A DNA stretch of 64,000 nucleotides from Schizochytrium sp. TIO01 (lineage: Eukaryota > Protista > Bigyra: Labyrinthulomycetes), in contig SMSO01000031.1 of assembly GCA_004764695.1 (NCBI GenBank), positions 4,502,436 to 4,566,435 on the forward strand, written 5' to 3'. Positions 1 to 12,596 of this stretch are shown one piece after another (position 1 is the stretch's first letter; every line of letters starts with the position of its first letter). Below the pieces are notes generated by a model. The model ran no database searches. It saw nothing but the letters and a program-made list of their open reading frames with translations, and was not told the DNA's origin. The position numbers and the translations under genes are program-made.

Positions 1-294
1 CTAAATCAGATGAACCTATTTTTAAAGTACCATTGCTTCACCTCGACATCACACTTCAATAGAGATAGATCAATATCATGCATGCTATCGCGTAGAATCC
101 GATTTCCGTATCTCTTTTCTTAGAGTGTAATATATTAATTGTTATTGGTTCAAGAAATTATTTTAATTGTAATAATATCATACCATAAAAGTCATCGCGT
201 GGGATCCCAATTCACTATCCTTAAGTTCTTGCAGTTTGATATATATATGTTTCTCCATCCAATAGAATAGTTTACTTGTACCATGCCGTCAATC

Positions 295-1476
295 TCATTG
301 CGTAAGATATCCTTTGCGTATCCTTTTTCTTGCTGCTTGGTAAAGCTGTGCTCCATCTAAAGGGGTAATTGGGAATAAGTTTGTTTGAGCAACAGCGAAA
401 TTAAGCGTTGTAAAAATTCGGATAGCAGAATAAAGTATTTCAAAGCTGTGTAGTATGATAGAATTACCAGTACGAAGCTCGCGCGCAGTAGTTGCCGCAA
501 AAAAGTACCACCACCATTCTGCCTCACTTATTTGCTGTATTTTCACGTTGCGGAGTGAGTTTCCCAAAGTTTCACGATCGTAAAAGTGTACATGTGCAGC
601 CCCTGCTTCCCATATCAAATTTATATTCGAGCATGTCGGCATGAGCTCGGCATTATTCTCTCGAGACCATATTCGCAAGTTATTATTCGTCATTGTATCT
701 GGAATTCTCCATTGGTCTCGTGATGGTAAAGAGTAATACAGATGCTCCAAAGTCCTATGAAAACTCTCAACACTTGAAGTATTGTAGCCATTGATGCTTG
801 ATAACATCATCCCAGGCACTAGCCCTGCATCTCGAAGTGCTCCTTGGGAAGGCATAACTGTCAAAATCAGCCCCCCAATAGAAGGCATTGTTGGCACAAC
901 ATTATGAAGGTAAGAAAGAAAGCACAGAAGGCACATAACAGCAACTAGGTTATGCCAGATTCCCGCCAAAATTACAACCACTTGTTGTGGGAAGCATGCT
1001 TGCTCAAAAGCCCTCTGTTCAAGCAGAGTCTCAGCTCGCCATAATGTAGTAAATCTCAAGCGAGGTTTTAGGCCGATCGCGTACGCAGCAAGCCAGTGGC
1101 CGGTCTCACTGAAGAAGTAAGCTATGTTAGAGGTCCGGAGGAGAGTGCCAATGAGAACATGTGCATTTCCAACTTACTGTATAGTCAATGTCAATCCTGC
1201 AGATATCACGGTTTGACAAACAACACTTAACACTGAATATGAGTCTTGAAGAAAATCCCAGCACTCGCTCGGGCTCAGAAGCAGAGTCCAAAGAACCTGT
1301 AGACTTTGCTTAAAAGGTAACGCAAGCTGCGTTGATGCTTCTTCTGTGAGATCAGGCAGGTGGTCACCTCTGAGAAAGCCCCAGGCGCGGTGAACTTCCG
1401 CCTGAATACAAACCAACGCAAACACGAGAGTGAGGAGTGCACCTACACTATACCATACATAAAGAACCCATCTCAT
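295..1476 (-). CDS. Site-2-protease-like intramembrane zinc metalloprotease (peptidase M50) with PDZ-like insert; exons 1476-1178 and 1108-295, 69-nt intron 1177-1109
   Basis: Splicing GTAAGT(1177)...CTAAC...TTCTTCAG(1109) joins ORF 1174-1476 in frame to ORF 295-1059 and creates IHETGHWLAA (HExxH). Downstream are VILAGIWHN, PDZ-like GALRDAGLVPGMMLSSING and the M50 motif NLFPITPLDG. Further 5' exons cannot be excluded. Confidence 0.85.
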
Positions 1477-2710
1477 GGAAAGAGGTCAAGACAGAGGCAG
1501 GATCTCTGGTTAGAGTTTGCGTCACAGTTGATTGAAGTAGGTACGTACTTCCCAGCTTGGTATGTTCCCTACATTCCCAACCTCTAAAGCGGTCTATGAT
1601 TAAATAGACCTCTTATCAGTTCTGGAGGTGATACAGGACGCCAAGCAATACTGTAGCCAGCTTTCTGTTAAAGCTGACAGACTTTGAAGGTGGGAGAGCA
1701 CTATTAAATAGGGAGAGCTATCCCGTTCAATTCGAAAAGCGTAATATCTTTTGATGTATGAAATTGATAGATTTTTAAAGAAGAAATACGAGACGGTAGA
1801 AAAGGTTGTGAATTATCACGTTGGCCATGGTCATGAACTGAGTGCATGGTACTTGAATCCCAATTGGATTAGTTGAATGGGCTAGATTGATGCACCTGGT
1901 TGGCCTCGGTATATCTGGAAATCGATTGACAATGCAAATCCTTTTCCGACAGATTTTGCGATGTTCTCCCGCAGGTTTGAAAACTTCAAAGGCCTTGGCC
2001 TCTACAAAGGATTTTTCTTACAGGAGGCATAATCATTCTCAGTCATGGTCCAAGATTTTCGAAAATTTCATTGCATATGGTAATGTTGCAATGAAATCGG
2101 GACTCTCTGTGGTTGTTCTTGAACTTCTTTGTTGTTGGTCCACCACCGACTCGCATTTACTTGTCCGTGAGGCCTACTTAATTTGGTGTTTCTTGTGCAA
2201 AAGTAATAAGCAGCGCATCAGAACTACGTGTGGTGCAGCATAATGAGGCTTATGCTATTTGGAGACTTCGGCCAGCAAGTCAAAAACGTAAAAGAAGAAA
2301 AAGGTTGACATAAAACAGATCGAATTTTGGGTTGGTTTATACTATTGTGCTTAAAGTGCTATTAACCATAAAGAGATTTGTGTAAAGTAAGAGGCGCGCA
2401 TCGCCGATTGATTTTAATGTATAGAGTACTATCCACAGTTCCTTCCGCCAAAGTTGGGCCTTTCAGGACTAGGTATGGGTCCAAATTTTGCGGAGGAATC
2501 GCGCTCGCCAGCCGTAATGCCCCAGTCGATTCATTCGAGGACGGCAATAGACTGTTGTAAAAATTGCCTCAAAGCTGAGTGTTGAGAATGTGTATATGTT
2601 CCTGATGCAAAAGGAGTTGTTATGAGCGCGAGAACGTCACAAAGGTTTGCGTGCTAGCAATCACAACTGTGATTGACTGGCACATGCATGTGTAATGAGA
2701 CGCCATTGAA

Positions 2711-3361
2711 TTAGGCAATTGTCACAGCGGACTTCTTTGCCGGAACCTCAGAAGGCATGTTGTTCGACAATGAGTCGAAGGAGAAGATCTTGGAGAGGTC
2801 CGGTGCGCCGTGGTGGTGGACGTGATCGAGGAGGGTGTTCCAGATGAGGTTAGCAAAGGCCACGAAGGTCACACGGAAGTTAACTGGGATAACAGTGAAA
2901 GTGAAGATGTTGACGGGGACCCAAACGCAAAGAAGACTCTGCATGATGGTAGGGAATTGCTCGCGCAGGGTGGCAAGCGACTCAGTGACAGTGCTTCCTT
3001 CAACGGCGCCGGTCCACAGAAAGAAGGTGGGCAAGTAGAGGAACGGGGAGTGGCCAAAGTTATCCATGATACTGCTGGCAATGCCCTCACCCATGCGGTG
3101 CTTCTTAATCCTGGCCGGGATGATACGCGGATACATTTCGAAGACCTTGAACTGAATGCGCGAGTAAAATGCACTGAAGGTGACCATGCTGAGGAATCGC
3201 TTCTGGTCAAAATCCTTGAGGGATTTGCCCTCCACGCCGAACTGGCAAATTGCGTCACCTGCCGCTCCGAGCAGGCCTGCGGTGACTGCGTTTGTGACAA
3301 TGGGACGTTCCGTCAAGAGACGGTCGTACCGGGAGAGACCCATACGTATTGCTGACATCAT
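2711..3361 (-). CDS. Mpv17/PMP22 family membrane protein
   Basis: YDRLLTERPIVTNAVTAG..GDAICQ, DQKRFLSM, VWVPVNIFTFTVIPVNFRVTFVAFANLIWNTLL are typical Mpv17/PMP22 motifs; about 4 hydrophobic segments. Confidence 0.9.
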   Translation of the reverse strand: MMSAIRMGLSRYDRLLTERPIVTNAVTAGLLGAAGDAICQFGVEGKSLKDFDQKRFLSMVTFSAFYSRIQFKVFEMYPRIIPARIKKHRMGEGIASSIMDNFGHSPFLYLPTFFLWTGAVEGSTVTESLATLREQFPTIMQSLLCVWVPVNIFTFTVIPVNFRVTFVAFANLIWNTLLDHVHHHGAPDLSKIFSFDSLSNNMPSEVPAKKSAVTIA

Positions 3362-4184
3362 CGTGCTGGCTGCTTCTGTGACGGGTTTAACGTTGATCCG
3401 AAACGTGATGACTTTCTCGTGCCAAAGTACTAGCTATCGCTGCTCTCCGTAAGCAACAGTAGCAGCAGTCTTACTTGACCTGAGAAGCAAGTAGTAGTAG
3501 TGCTTGTTGTTGTTGTTGTAGTAGCTTGGCTCTGCGAATCAGCTGCTCGTACCTGAGAGCAGAGTTGCTAACTTTCTATCGCGTCTTGCTGGCTATCGCT
3601 CGCTTTCGCGTTTGGGGTTTGCTGGGCGCCCAAGTTCGGGGTTTGCTCGCGCCGCATTCTTTCCCATTTCTCTTTCTTTCTCTTTTCTCTTTTCACTTTG
3701 TTAATTTTTCTTTCTTTCTTTTCTTCTTTCTCTCTTCCTCTCTCCGCTCACTTCCCTCTCTGCCTTTTCATTTCTTCTTTCCTTGCTTCCTTCTTTTCAA
3801 ACTCAAAGCTACTTTCATCTCCAATTCTTTTAGTTTCATTGTTTTCATCGTAAAACATTCTCTTTACCTCCTTCCTCCCTCACAGTCCTTTCCGTCATTT
3901 TTGGCCATCATACAAATCCAAAGTGCTGCGGTGGACCTCCTCCCGTTCCAGCCCCCCCAGAGTGACGCCTTTCCCCTGTCCCATTCATCTCCTATTTTTA
4001 AAAACTAAAATAAAATTTAAACAAATATTTTATTTTATTTATTTATTTTACGAATACATATAAATTAAAAAATAGTTATATTTTCGAAGACCTCATCGCT
4101 TCGATCGACCATTTCGAACGAAGTCGAGCTTTGTCTATCGAAGCCGAGCGGTCGTCGCTGCGAGCGGCCATTCTGACTGCTGCG

Positions 4185-4487
4185 GCTGCTGCTGCTGCTG
4201 CTGCTGCTGGCGCCGGCCTGCCTGCCCCTCGACTCCGATCTTCGCTTCTCGCTACTGGTCCCTCCTCCTCCTCCTCCTCCTTCCTGGTTCTCCTTCGCTG
4301 CGAATGAAATGAGCGCTTCGCTGACGACGATCTGAGAACGCAAGATTGCGCCTGGTCGCGGGCGGGCTCTCTCTATATCTCTCTCCTGCCTGCCTGGCTG
4401 CGGGTGCCGGCGCAGGGCCAGGGCGGGCCAGGGAGCGGGCAGGCTCTCGACGCCGCGGTCCCTTTCCTTGCTTGCTTGCTTGCTTGC
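4185..4487. repeat. Microsatellite cluster: (GCT)n ~4185-4209, (CCT)n ~4260-4280, (CTTG)n ~4466-4487
   Basis: Directly visible simple repeats. Confidence 0.9.
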
Positions 4488-7400
4488 TGCGCGAGAGGGC
4501 TCGGGCGCGAGAACATCGCCGTCGATGGAGAAGGAGCGAAGATGAGGCATCGATCGATAACTCATTCACTCACTCACTCAAAAGGAAACATCGCTGCGTC
4601 TTCGAAAAACTTCTTTCATTCTTTTCATTTGGTGGAAAGTGTTTTACTATGATGATGTTTTATTATTATTATTATTATTATTGATTAAAAGTTTTGCAGA
4701 TTAGAAAATACCAGGTGCCAAAGAGAGAGAGAGAGGCCTGCCTTTTTGTAGAGAAGCGACTCGGATAGCGAAAGATGTTAGTTATATGGAGGCTTGAGGC
4801 GGGTATGTATAGGGCGAAGCAGGAGCAGAGAGGCTCCGACAGTGGTGGATCCTTTTGTTAGAGGCGGCTCGCTGGAGGAAATGATTTCTGCGATGAAAGA
4901 ACTGATACGGAAACACTCGCAATGAAGCTTGCTCTTCAGCAACTGATACAAATCTGATGGCGGGCGGTCAGGCTCACTTCGATAAGCTTCCACCTCTTAA
5001 TAAGTCACCACTTTGCTTTTTATTTTATTTTATTTATTAAAAAATATTATTTTTTAAGTAGGCGCGAAAACAAAAAATAAATAATAAATGTAAAACATAG
5101 GGTTTGAGAGAACATACACAGACGTTTCTCGATGGTCCTGACTACCAAGTCAATAGCCACGAGCATAGCTCCATCTCAGCCTCCTCCTCCTTCTCCTAGC
5201 ACTGATTGCTACTTCGACCGAGCAGCTTCCATCCCCGTTATATTCTACACTCGACATGGAACAACCAAAGTACTAGCCTAGTATCGCTGCTTTCGGTGAC
5301 AACTTCTTTGTTTCTCCATGCTTATTTCTCACTTTTCTATTATTCAGGTATTCGCAATTCTTATTTGATTCATTGATGTTTTTAGAAAAACCCAGACCTA
5401 GTCATAGATCGATCAATAGATAGGTGGTGCATAGATAGAACTGGATGGATGCCCAAATCGAAACCTGGAGCAAAGAAAACCGAGGGAACACAGGAAATCT
5501 CAATCATGCACTGGGTCCTGGTACATATGGAAACGGATTTTCCTTCTTCTTGACAAATACCAGTTCCTCGATCACTCCTATAGTTCTTCCCATTTAGCGC
5601 CTACCAGTGCAGCCTCCAAGGTACAGTGGAAACCGCCTCCCAAGGCTTCTCCACCTCTACCTCCATAGACCTACCCCCGTGGGGTATAGTACACCCCAGT
5701 GTCAAGCGTTCGCGGCCGCCTCGCTGCACCTTTAACCCCCTTTACCTACATACTCTATACAATCAATGGTGACTTGAGGGTCCCTTTCCACACCGTCATT
5801 AACTGCCCCCTTGGGTGGGGAAACTCGACGGAACTGGGGTGTATTAGAGGTGTCCAAAGAAGCACCCCGGAATTCCACAAGAACTGACGCCCTGTCTCGT
5901 GCACTGCACCACCCTCTCTGTACCTGTCCCACATTCTGGGCCACTTTCGAGGGGTAGGTTTCCCCTAGGCTTTCCGTAAGCCTCCGCGGAGGAAGGGCGG
6001 AGCAGGAAGGACCTGGCGAGAAAGAGGGATAAGCAGAGAACGCAAACTTTGCCTTCCATACGGCGCAACGAGGGCCTCGCTAAACTCGTATGAAAGTCTG
6101 GGGCGCAAGCTGGCGGGCACGTGCGAAGGTGGCGGCTTGGCAGAAGTTTCTTGGCGAGAGGAAGGCGGCGGGGCTCATACTACCACAAGCGGCGGCGCGG
6201 CAGGACTTGTATGTGAACCTGCGGAGCACCAAGTCGAGCTTGCTTGCGCCAAAGCGGCGGCGACCTCGACGGCGAATGGATGAATGAATGAATGAATGAA
6301 TTGCCTGCGGATTTTGCTCCGTCGGCCTCGGGGCTCCAGGTAATTAATTAATTAATTAATTCACCTCGGGATTCGCGCTGCGTGCGCAAGAATCTGCAGG
6401 AACCCGGTTCCACTCTGCGCTGCGATACGGGCGCGAGCTTCGAAGCTTGCCTGGCATTATTGCGCGGCGGCGATGATTGAGGGAGACTTACTTGGTCTTC
6501 TGGCTCAGGTATTATTACATAGAGGGAAGAACTCCAAGTGTCGCCAAATAGAACACTTGCCATGATGAGGCTATATCTGTCCCATTCGTGGTCCTCCAGT
6601 ACTTGAAGAAATGGAACGCGAGACGCTGGCTACTTCGATGACTGTGAAGAAGAATAAACGATGTTTTCTCGCTTTCTTTCTTTATAAGGGTAAACACGTA
6701 TGTCTTGTGATCAATTTATTAATTAGTTTATTACTATTATTAATTGTTTTATTTTAATTGATTAAATTAAAAGTGAAAACTGTAGTCTTCATGAAAAAGC
6801 ACAGCAGTGGAGCGGCTCGCGGTAGGCAGGCTCTTGGCTTTGCGTGTACGCACCGTGGAAAGTGAGCGCAAGATGAGGCGAGCCGCGAGACCAGCACGAC
6901 TCAAGTGCGCGAAGGAGTGAATAGTTCGACTGAGAGCAGGCCTCGAGACACTCTTTTAGATGACACCTTGTACTCTCGCAGAACTTGGTTTTTGTCAGGC
7001 CTCCGCTTTTGTTAAACGCTAGGCCATTTTTCTTTTAAAGTAAAGTTAGATTAATCAATTTATTTCTTTCATCTTAAAGCAGAAAAGGTTTCGAGTAAGC
7101 ACACAGCCTACCTTGAGAATGCGAAGGCACGTACGTACCTCTGCCATGACAGAAATGCCTTCGACAAATGGGCCCCTGCCATGACGAAGACACGCAGACA
7201 CCTCAGGAAGCAGGCTGGTAGGGTTTCTCCGCTCGGCTTCGTCTCGTTGCTCATATATTAGAGCGAACTCGGAACACAAGTGGTGTGGTGCACTGCATCA
7301 TTTGCTCGCAGAATTTTGCGCAGCCGAACGTTGTTGGAGAATGAATCTAACTGCAATCAATCGACGATGAACAAAGAAAGAAAGAGCAAACAGCGTACAT

Positions 7401-10107
7401 ACATCATAAAACCTTTTATTTAAGAAATTAAATAATAATAATAAAATTAAGAAATGTGTTACTATTACTACTTGAATGAAGGAATAAACAAAGGAATGAA
7501 TGAATGAATGAATGATGAAGGAAAGAATCGCAGACAGAAAGGCCAAGCGTATCCTAATATTCCTTGGTCAGCTTGTCCTCCAGCACGCATGTCTGCGTAC
7601 TTCTATGCATTTATTTTGCGGTTTTAGTTGCTTGGCTGACTGACCGTTGTCTCTCGCTCGAAAGTTGCAACCACAGGGCAAACAGGTTCTCATTTGAGGG
7701 TGTTGAAATTGATGCAATCTTGAACGGATCGTTGACGCCTCATTTACTATAGTAGTATTACTATCTCTCTTCAGATGTTATGACATTCTATAGGCAGGTA
7801 GGAGACTAGCTACCTAGATATAATTTCTTTTAGTACTCTTTGTAGAGTTTTAAATTAGTTATTTAAATATGAAAAATACCAGAGTCCTAAGAGAGAACAG
7901 AAAGACGCCTTAGGTCCCACAGTAAGATAGATGAAAACAGGGTTTTTAGAGCTTGGGTTCCTGAAAGTAACTATTTGTTGCTTTGGAGTGGTGGCATGAT
8001 AAGGACTACTACGTATTGCAAATAGAACCAATAAAGAGGAAACTCGAGCGAAAGTAGGAGAGAAACGCTCACTAGGCTGTTGCTTGACTCAAAGGCCATT
8101 CCCGAGAGCCTTCAGGAGGAGGGCCAAATCATATCGTGCACTGATTAACTAACTTGGTAGCTAGCTATTGTTTGGTTGCGAAGAGGAGAAAACTTGTCTT
8201 CGTTTTACATTGAGTTTTGGGGAAATTCAAGACAAAAGGCCCATCAATGGCCTCTCTAAAACTCAAGAACCGGTGCGATGCGAAGAAAGTAAGATTGCAG
8301 CCGTCGTAACTTTTAGAAGCACCTGGGCACGTACTGCACATCAAAAGAGTGCTCTCCAACACAATATTGAGATTTTTTAGAATTTGATGCCTCACATGCT
8401 CGACTACTGCTTGGTTAAGGAAGAAGTTGGGAGTAAATCGCAATCAGAAGACGTGCTTGTGTGTTTGATCAATCATGGAAGACATCAAACAGTCGCAAAT
8501 TATATAGGCATTGCTTAGGCATGGCCACTAAGATGCATAACATTTGCGCATGAGATCGTCCCAACTGAAAAGCCCATTAACTTAGTAAGACCCCGTACAG
8601 CTTACAATGACACTTCTATAAAGACTTGAACCGCTTTGTTGAAAACTACTACTAGTACCAGTTTGGTTCTTTAATATATCGACTTGGATCGTTCACATTG
8701 CGGAGAAATCATCTGGTTGCCAACGCAATGGTGGTGGTCCACTCGTAGGAATCTACACTTATTCGTTTTTATCATTAAATTGAACTCGGAAACCCATGTT
8801 TTGCTCTAAAGGAGTAGTACGCACTCGTATTCTGCGACTGGGCGTGTGTACATCTAACGACGTGATAGACCCGGTCAAACAATTTTAGAATTGATCAATC
8901 ACTCGACGTCTTCCTCGAGTCGATCATCATTCTAAATATTCTAAGAAGTATATTGAAATGAAACAATATCGGTGTACCCTTTCGTTCCTACGATGTCTAC
9001 ATGGAATGATGCCCAGCCCGACACGAAAAGTATTCGCAATACAGCCGTGGTTCTATGATGTACTTGGCCGTCGCAGCATACTTTATCATAATGAACATGA
9101 ATAAATACAAAGCGTGCGCCACCTCCTTGTGTGCTTTCCTTCTTGCCACTATCTAAAGCACATTTTACCCTTCCGTCCAGGTAGGCTTTGATAATATAGG
9201 GGCACGATATTTATAAGATCGCAAGGCAAAAACCTTCAAAACCTTCGCAAGCTTAATTGATCAAACTAATTCCATAAACCATTAACCAGTAGCAGGCGGT
9301 AAAAGGTGCCTGCTTGACCCTTTACGTCAATTGTTTTCATGCGGTCATCACTATGATCTGAATTTTAGTTGCTCGATTCGAATCATGTCCATTAGTATCG
9401 TAATAAATAGAGATCACTTAACTTTCCAGGTAGTGTTGGCTACAACTACCATCTCTTTATGCTCCTTTCCCTTGCTCTGCAGGAGTACATACAAGTTTAG
9501 GTGGAATTCAGGAGCGTCCCGCTCTTCGCAAACCTTGGACTTCCGCTGGTCGCAAACCCTTTTGGGAGGTAGTCCCTCTTTCTATATACCTTTTTCAATA
9601 GAAGAGCCTATGCGCTACCTACTTCCAGGTAGCACTTGGGTTTTCCATGCTTGTAGTAACAGAAGCGTCTTCCATGTTAGTTACATACACAAATAGATAG
9701 ACAGACCGTTTCCTTTTGACAATAGTATTTTATTTAATTTTAAAAAAAAAGTAATAATTAATAATAACTTCGTGAATAATAATAAATGAGCAAGTGAGTA
9801 GTGAGTGAAGAGAAAAGCTATTCGCTAAAATCCTCCAATTCGCTCCTTATGTTTGACATCTCCGCAGAGTTTGATGTTCTGGGGTACAAGTCAATTCGTC
9901 CGCTTCTTACTCATGAGATCGCATTAGGAACCCGACTGTCTTTCTCGAACTCCTAACTCAATAGGTAGTCAGTCATTCATCGGGTTCTTGAAGAAATAAG
10001 TGGTTACGACGGGATGAATTTATCAAAATGGTCAGTGCTTTGCTTGAACTAAGGCTCCCAGAACTCGCATTGTCAGGAAACAGCTAAGAACAACAACCCA
10101 AAATGCA

Positions 10108-10222
10108 GCCTACCTGGAGACTCAATATATCTCTGAGATCCCACGATGGTCATCATCTCAAGATAACTCTAGAGCCTAGTGGAGACTCAAGTGTTCTCTA
10201 AAGATCAACGATGGTCATCTTC
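10108..10222. repeat. Diverged direct repeat, two ~50-bp units with ~66-bp period
   Basis: gccta..tggagactcaa....tctct.agatc..acgatggtcatc occurs at 10108 and again at 10174. Confidence 0.75.
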
Positions 10223-11377
10223 ATTCAGGCTGTTCTTTGTGTTCTTTTTGTTCTCTCCGTTCTATTGCCACGCGGCAACCGCAGTTGTTCGTAGACGCAA
10301 AGAACTGCTCGTGGACGAGACGAGTTTGCGGTCCTAGCCACGTGCAGCTTGCGTCGCACGATTCGAGGGACGACTTGTGCCCGCTGAGGCCTCCCTCGCT
10401 CGCACAGGTGGGTGGGCACCTGTCGGTAGCTAGCTCCAGAGCAAGGCTGCGCTGCGTTGCGCAGCTTTGGGAGTCGAGCGGTGCTGATTACAAGTTGGCC
10501 TTGTTCTCATTGAGAACTAGAACGAGAATCATTGAAGAGAGAAGAAAGAAAAGTACGCGGAATTCCTATCGTACCAGCCATTAAGCAAGTACTACTCATA
10601 CGGCGCGCCCTAGCATTCAAATAAGGACTGATACCCCCTGTCTCTACCACTAAGTGCTGGCTACGGGTAGGTACGTAGATACTGTTGTGAAAATTAAACA
10701 TTAGTGGTAAAAGGAAAAGGAAAAGAAAAACGGGGGAAAATTGTAATGTTGGTCTGTATCTGAGAACAATAAATAAGAAAAGCACTGAGAATACCTTTTT
10801 AAGTTGTGGAGACCAAGTCGAGGAGCAAAGCAAGACTTCTTCACGAGGACCCAACAGAAAGGCCATCTGCTCAAACAAGATAACCTTGGGCCTCCTGGGT
10901 TAGTTTCACAGCTCCTCTTCGCTCCGAGGTCCACAGAGAACATCCAAGCAATCAAGAATGCAGAGCCTCTCATTTCCCACTGCTGAGTCAGAAGACAGAG
11001 AGATACGCTACTACACTACTAACCCATGTGTCGCTTTTTCCCACGAAACGAATGGATCAATCGTTATCATGAAAAAAAATAAAAATTCGTGCGAACTAAT
11101 TTGATGGGAAAGGAAAGGGCAGCGCCATTCGTAATCCTCGAAGCTCGTGGTTATGACGAGGAACTTGCAACAAACTAGTTGAGAAATGATAGATAGCCAT
11201 CGCAGAGGCGCAAGTGCAAAGGTGGAGCAGAGAGGGAGTGAGGGAGTGAAGTAAGCGAGCGGCCACGGGCGTGCGAACGAGCAGCGACTCACTGCCTTTC
11301 TAACGAGAGACCCAGGAGGAGGCCAGGTTTGCTCTGCCTCTAGGAAGGCGAAATTACAAAAATTTCAAAGTTCTTTC

Positions 11378-11402
11378 TTACTTACTTACTTACTTACTTA
11401 CT

Positions 11403-11457
<55 letters not shown>

Positions 11458-11477
11458 CTTACTTTATTTATTTATTT
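11378..11477. repeat. Compound (TTAC)n/(TTTA)n microsatellite
   Basis: Directly visible. Confidence 0.95.
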
Positions 11478-12531
11478 CCCGAAGCTGGTAGTACCAGTTA
11501 GGAAGGCGCCTAGGTGACGAAGAATTTTAACACATCATGTGCAGTATCAGTACTTTTCTCTTTTTCTCTTTTTTTTAAAACTAAAACTAATACTTCTATC
11601 TCTCTCTTTTTAAAAAATCAATAGTAATAAAATATGTAAGAAACATAGGCCAATGTATATAAGTATTCCGATTAAGTTGGTTGCGCTGTGAATATTTTCA
11701 AGAGCATTTGGAGAGCCCAGTACTTGTCTCAATCACGATGCGAGTCTTGCTTGCATGCGTGGGTTTCAAGTAAAGCGTGCATCTGCTTTAGATTCGTGAG
11801 ATGGCGGCATGCCGTGGCAGTTTCGTCGTAAGTGTGTGGCAGTGATTTTGTGTCTTCTTCTTTACTACAAGCCTTTCTTTGCATTATCACCTTTGTAAAT
11901 CTGGCCACTAGCTCACAGAATAATACCCCCCTTGTCAAAGTATCTCTCCGAGGGACCGCAGACGAATGCCAGCTTGCTTGATAAAAGGGACAAACCTCTC
12001 TCTTGAGGGTCCCGACAAACTCAGCAGAATATTCCAACGATGAGAGTTACGAGGTGAACTCTTCCCAGGCTACTAGTGCATTGTTTTGACGGAATTGTTG
12101 TTGAAGAAGAAGCTAGAACCTATTGCATTGAGCATTCGGCACGAACTGTTAGCATTTGGACTTAATCAGACCAGCAGCACCCATTCCAAAATGAATGAAG
12201 AATGAATGAATGAATGAATGAATTATTGAGCAAATGAGTGGACAGATGAATGGATGAGATCATTAATCAAAATGATTTGCAATTTGTAATGAATCGCCTA
12301 TATCAAGGTGGTAGGTAGGAGAGACAGATCTTTTGATGCCCGACCTCTCTCAGTGGGAGGAGGTCTGGTGGGTTCGATCTAAAGTAAAATACTTTATCAG
12401 CGATCGAGCGATGAATCTGAGTAGAAGTAGGCTACTCAGGAATTAACAACAGCCTACTTCCCCCTCCACACAAACATCGCATGATGCCTGAATGCTCTTA
12501 GGTGTCATATCCTTTTCATGATCCAACTCTA

Positions 12532-12596
12532 ATGTGGCAATGGTTTGTTTGATGTGGCGATGGTTTGTTTGATGTGGCAAAGGTTTGATGTAGCAA
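12532..12596. repeat. ~20-bp minisatellite, about 3 units (atgtggcRatggtttgtttg)
   Basis: atgtggcaatggtttgtttg atgtggcgatggtttgtttg atgtggcaaaggtttg atgtagcaa. Confidence 0.85.

Noticed and set aside
3526-4684. ORFs of 100-166 aa (3526-4008, 4065-4565, 4252-4569, 4346-4684)
   Set aside because: Translations are products of pyrimidine tracts and microsatellites (poly-F/S/G/R, ASKQ repeats) with no domain motifs.
10108-12596. Short direct repeats as a possible CRISPR-like array
   Set aside because: Only 2-3 degenerate units, no series of unique spacers, no cas genes, eukaryotic context.
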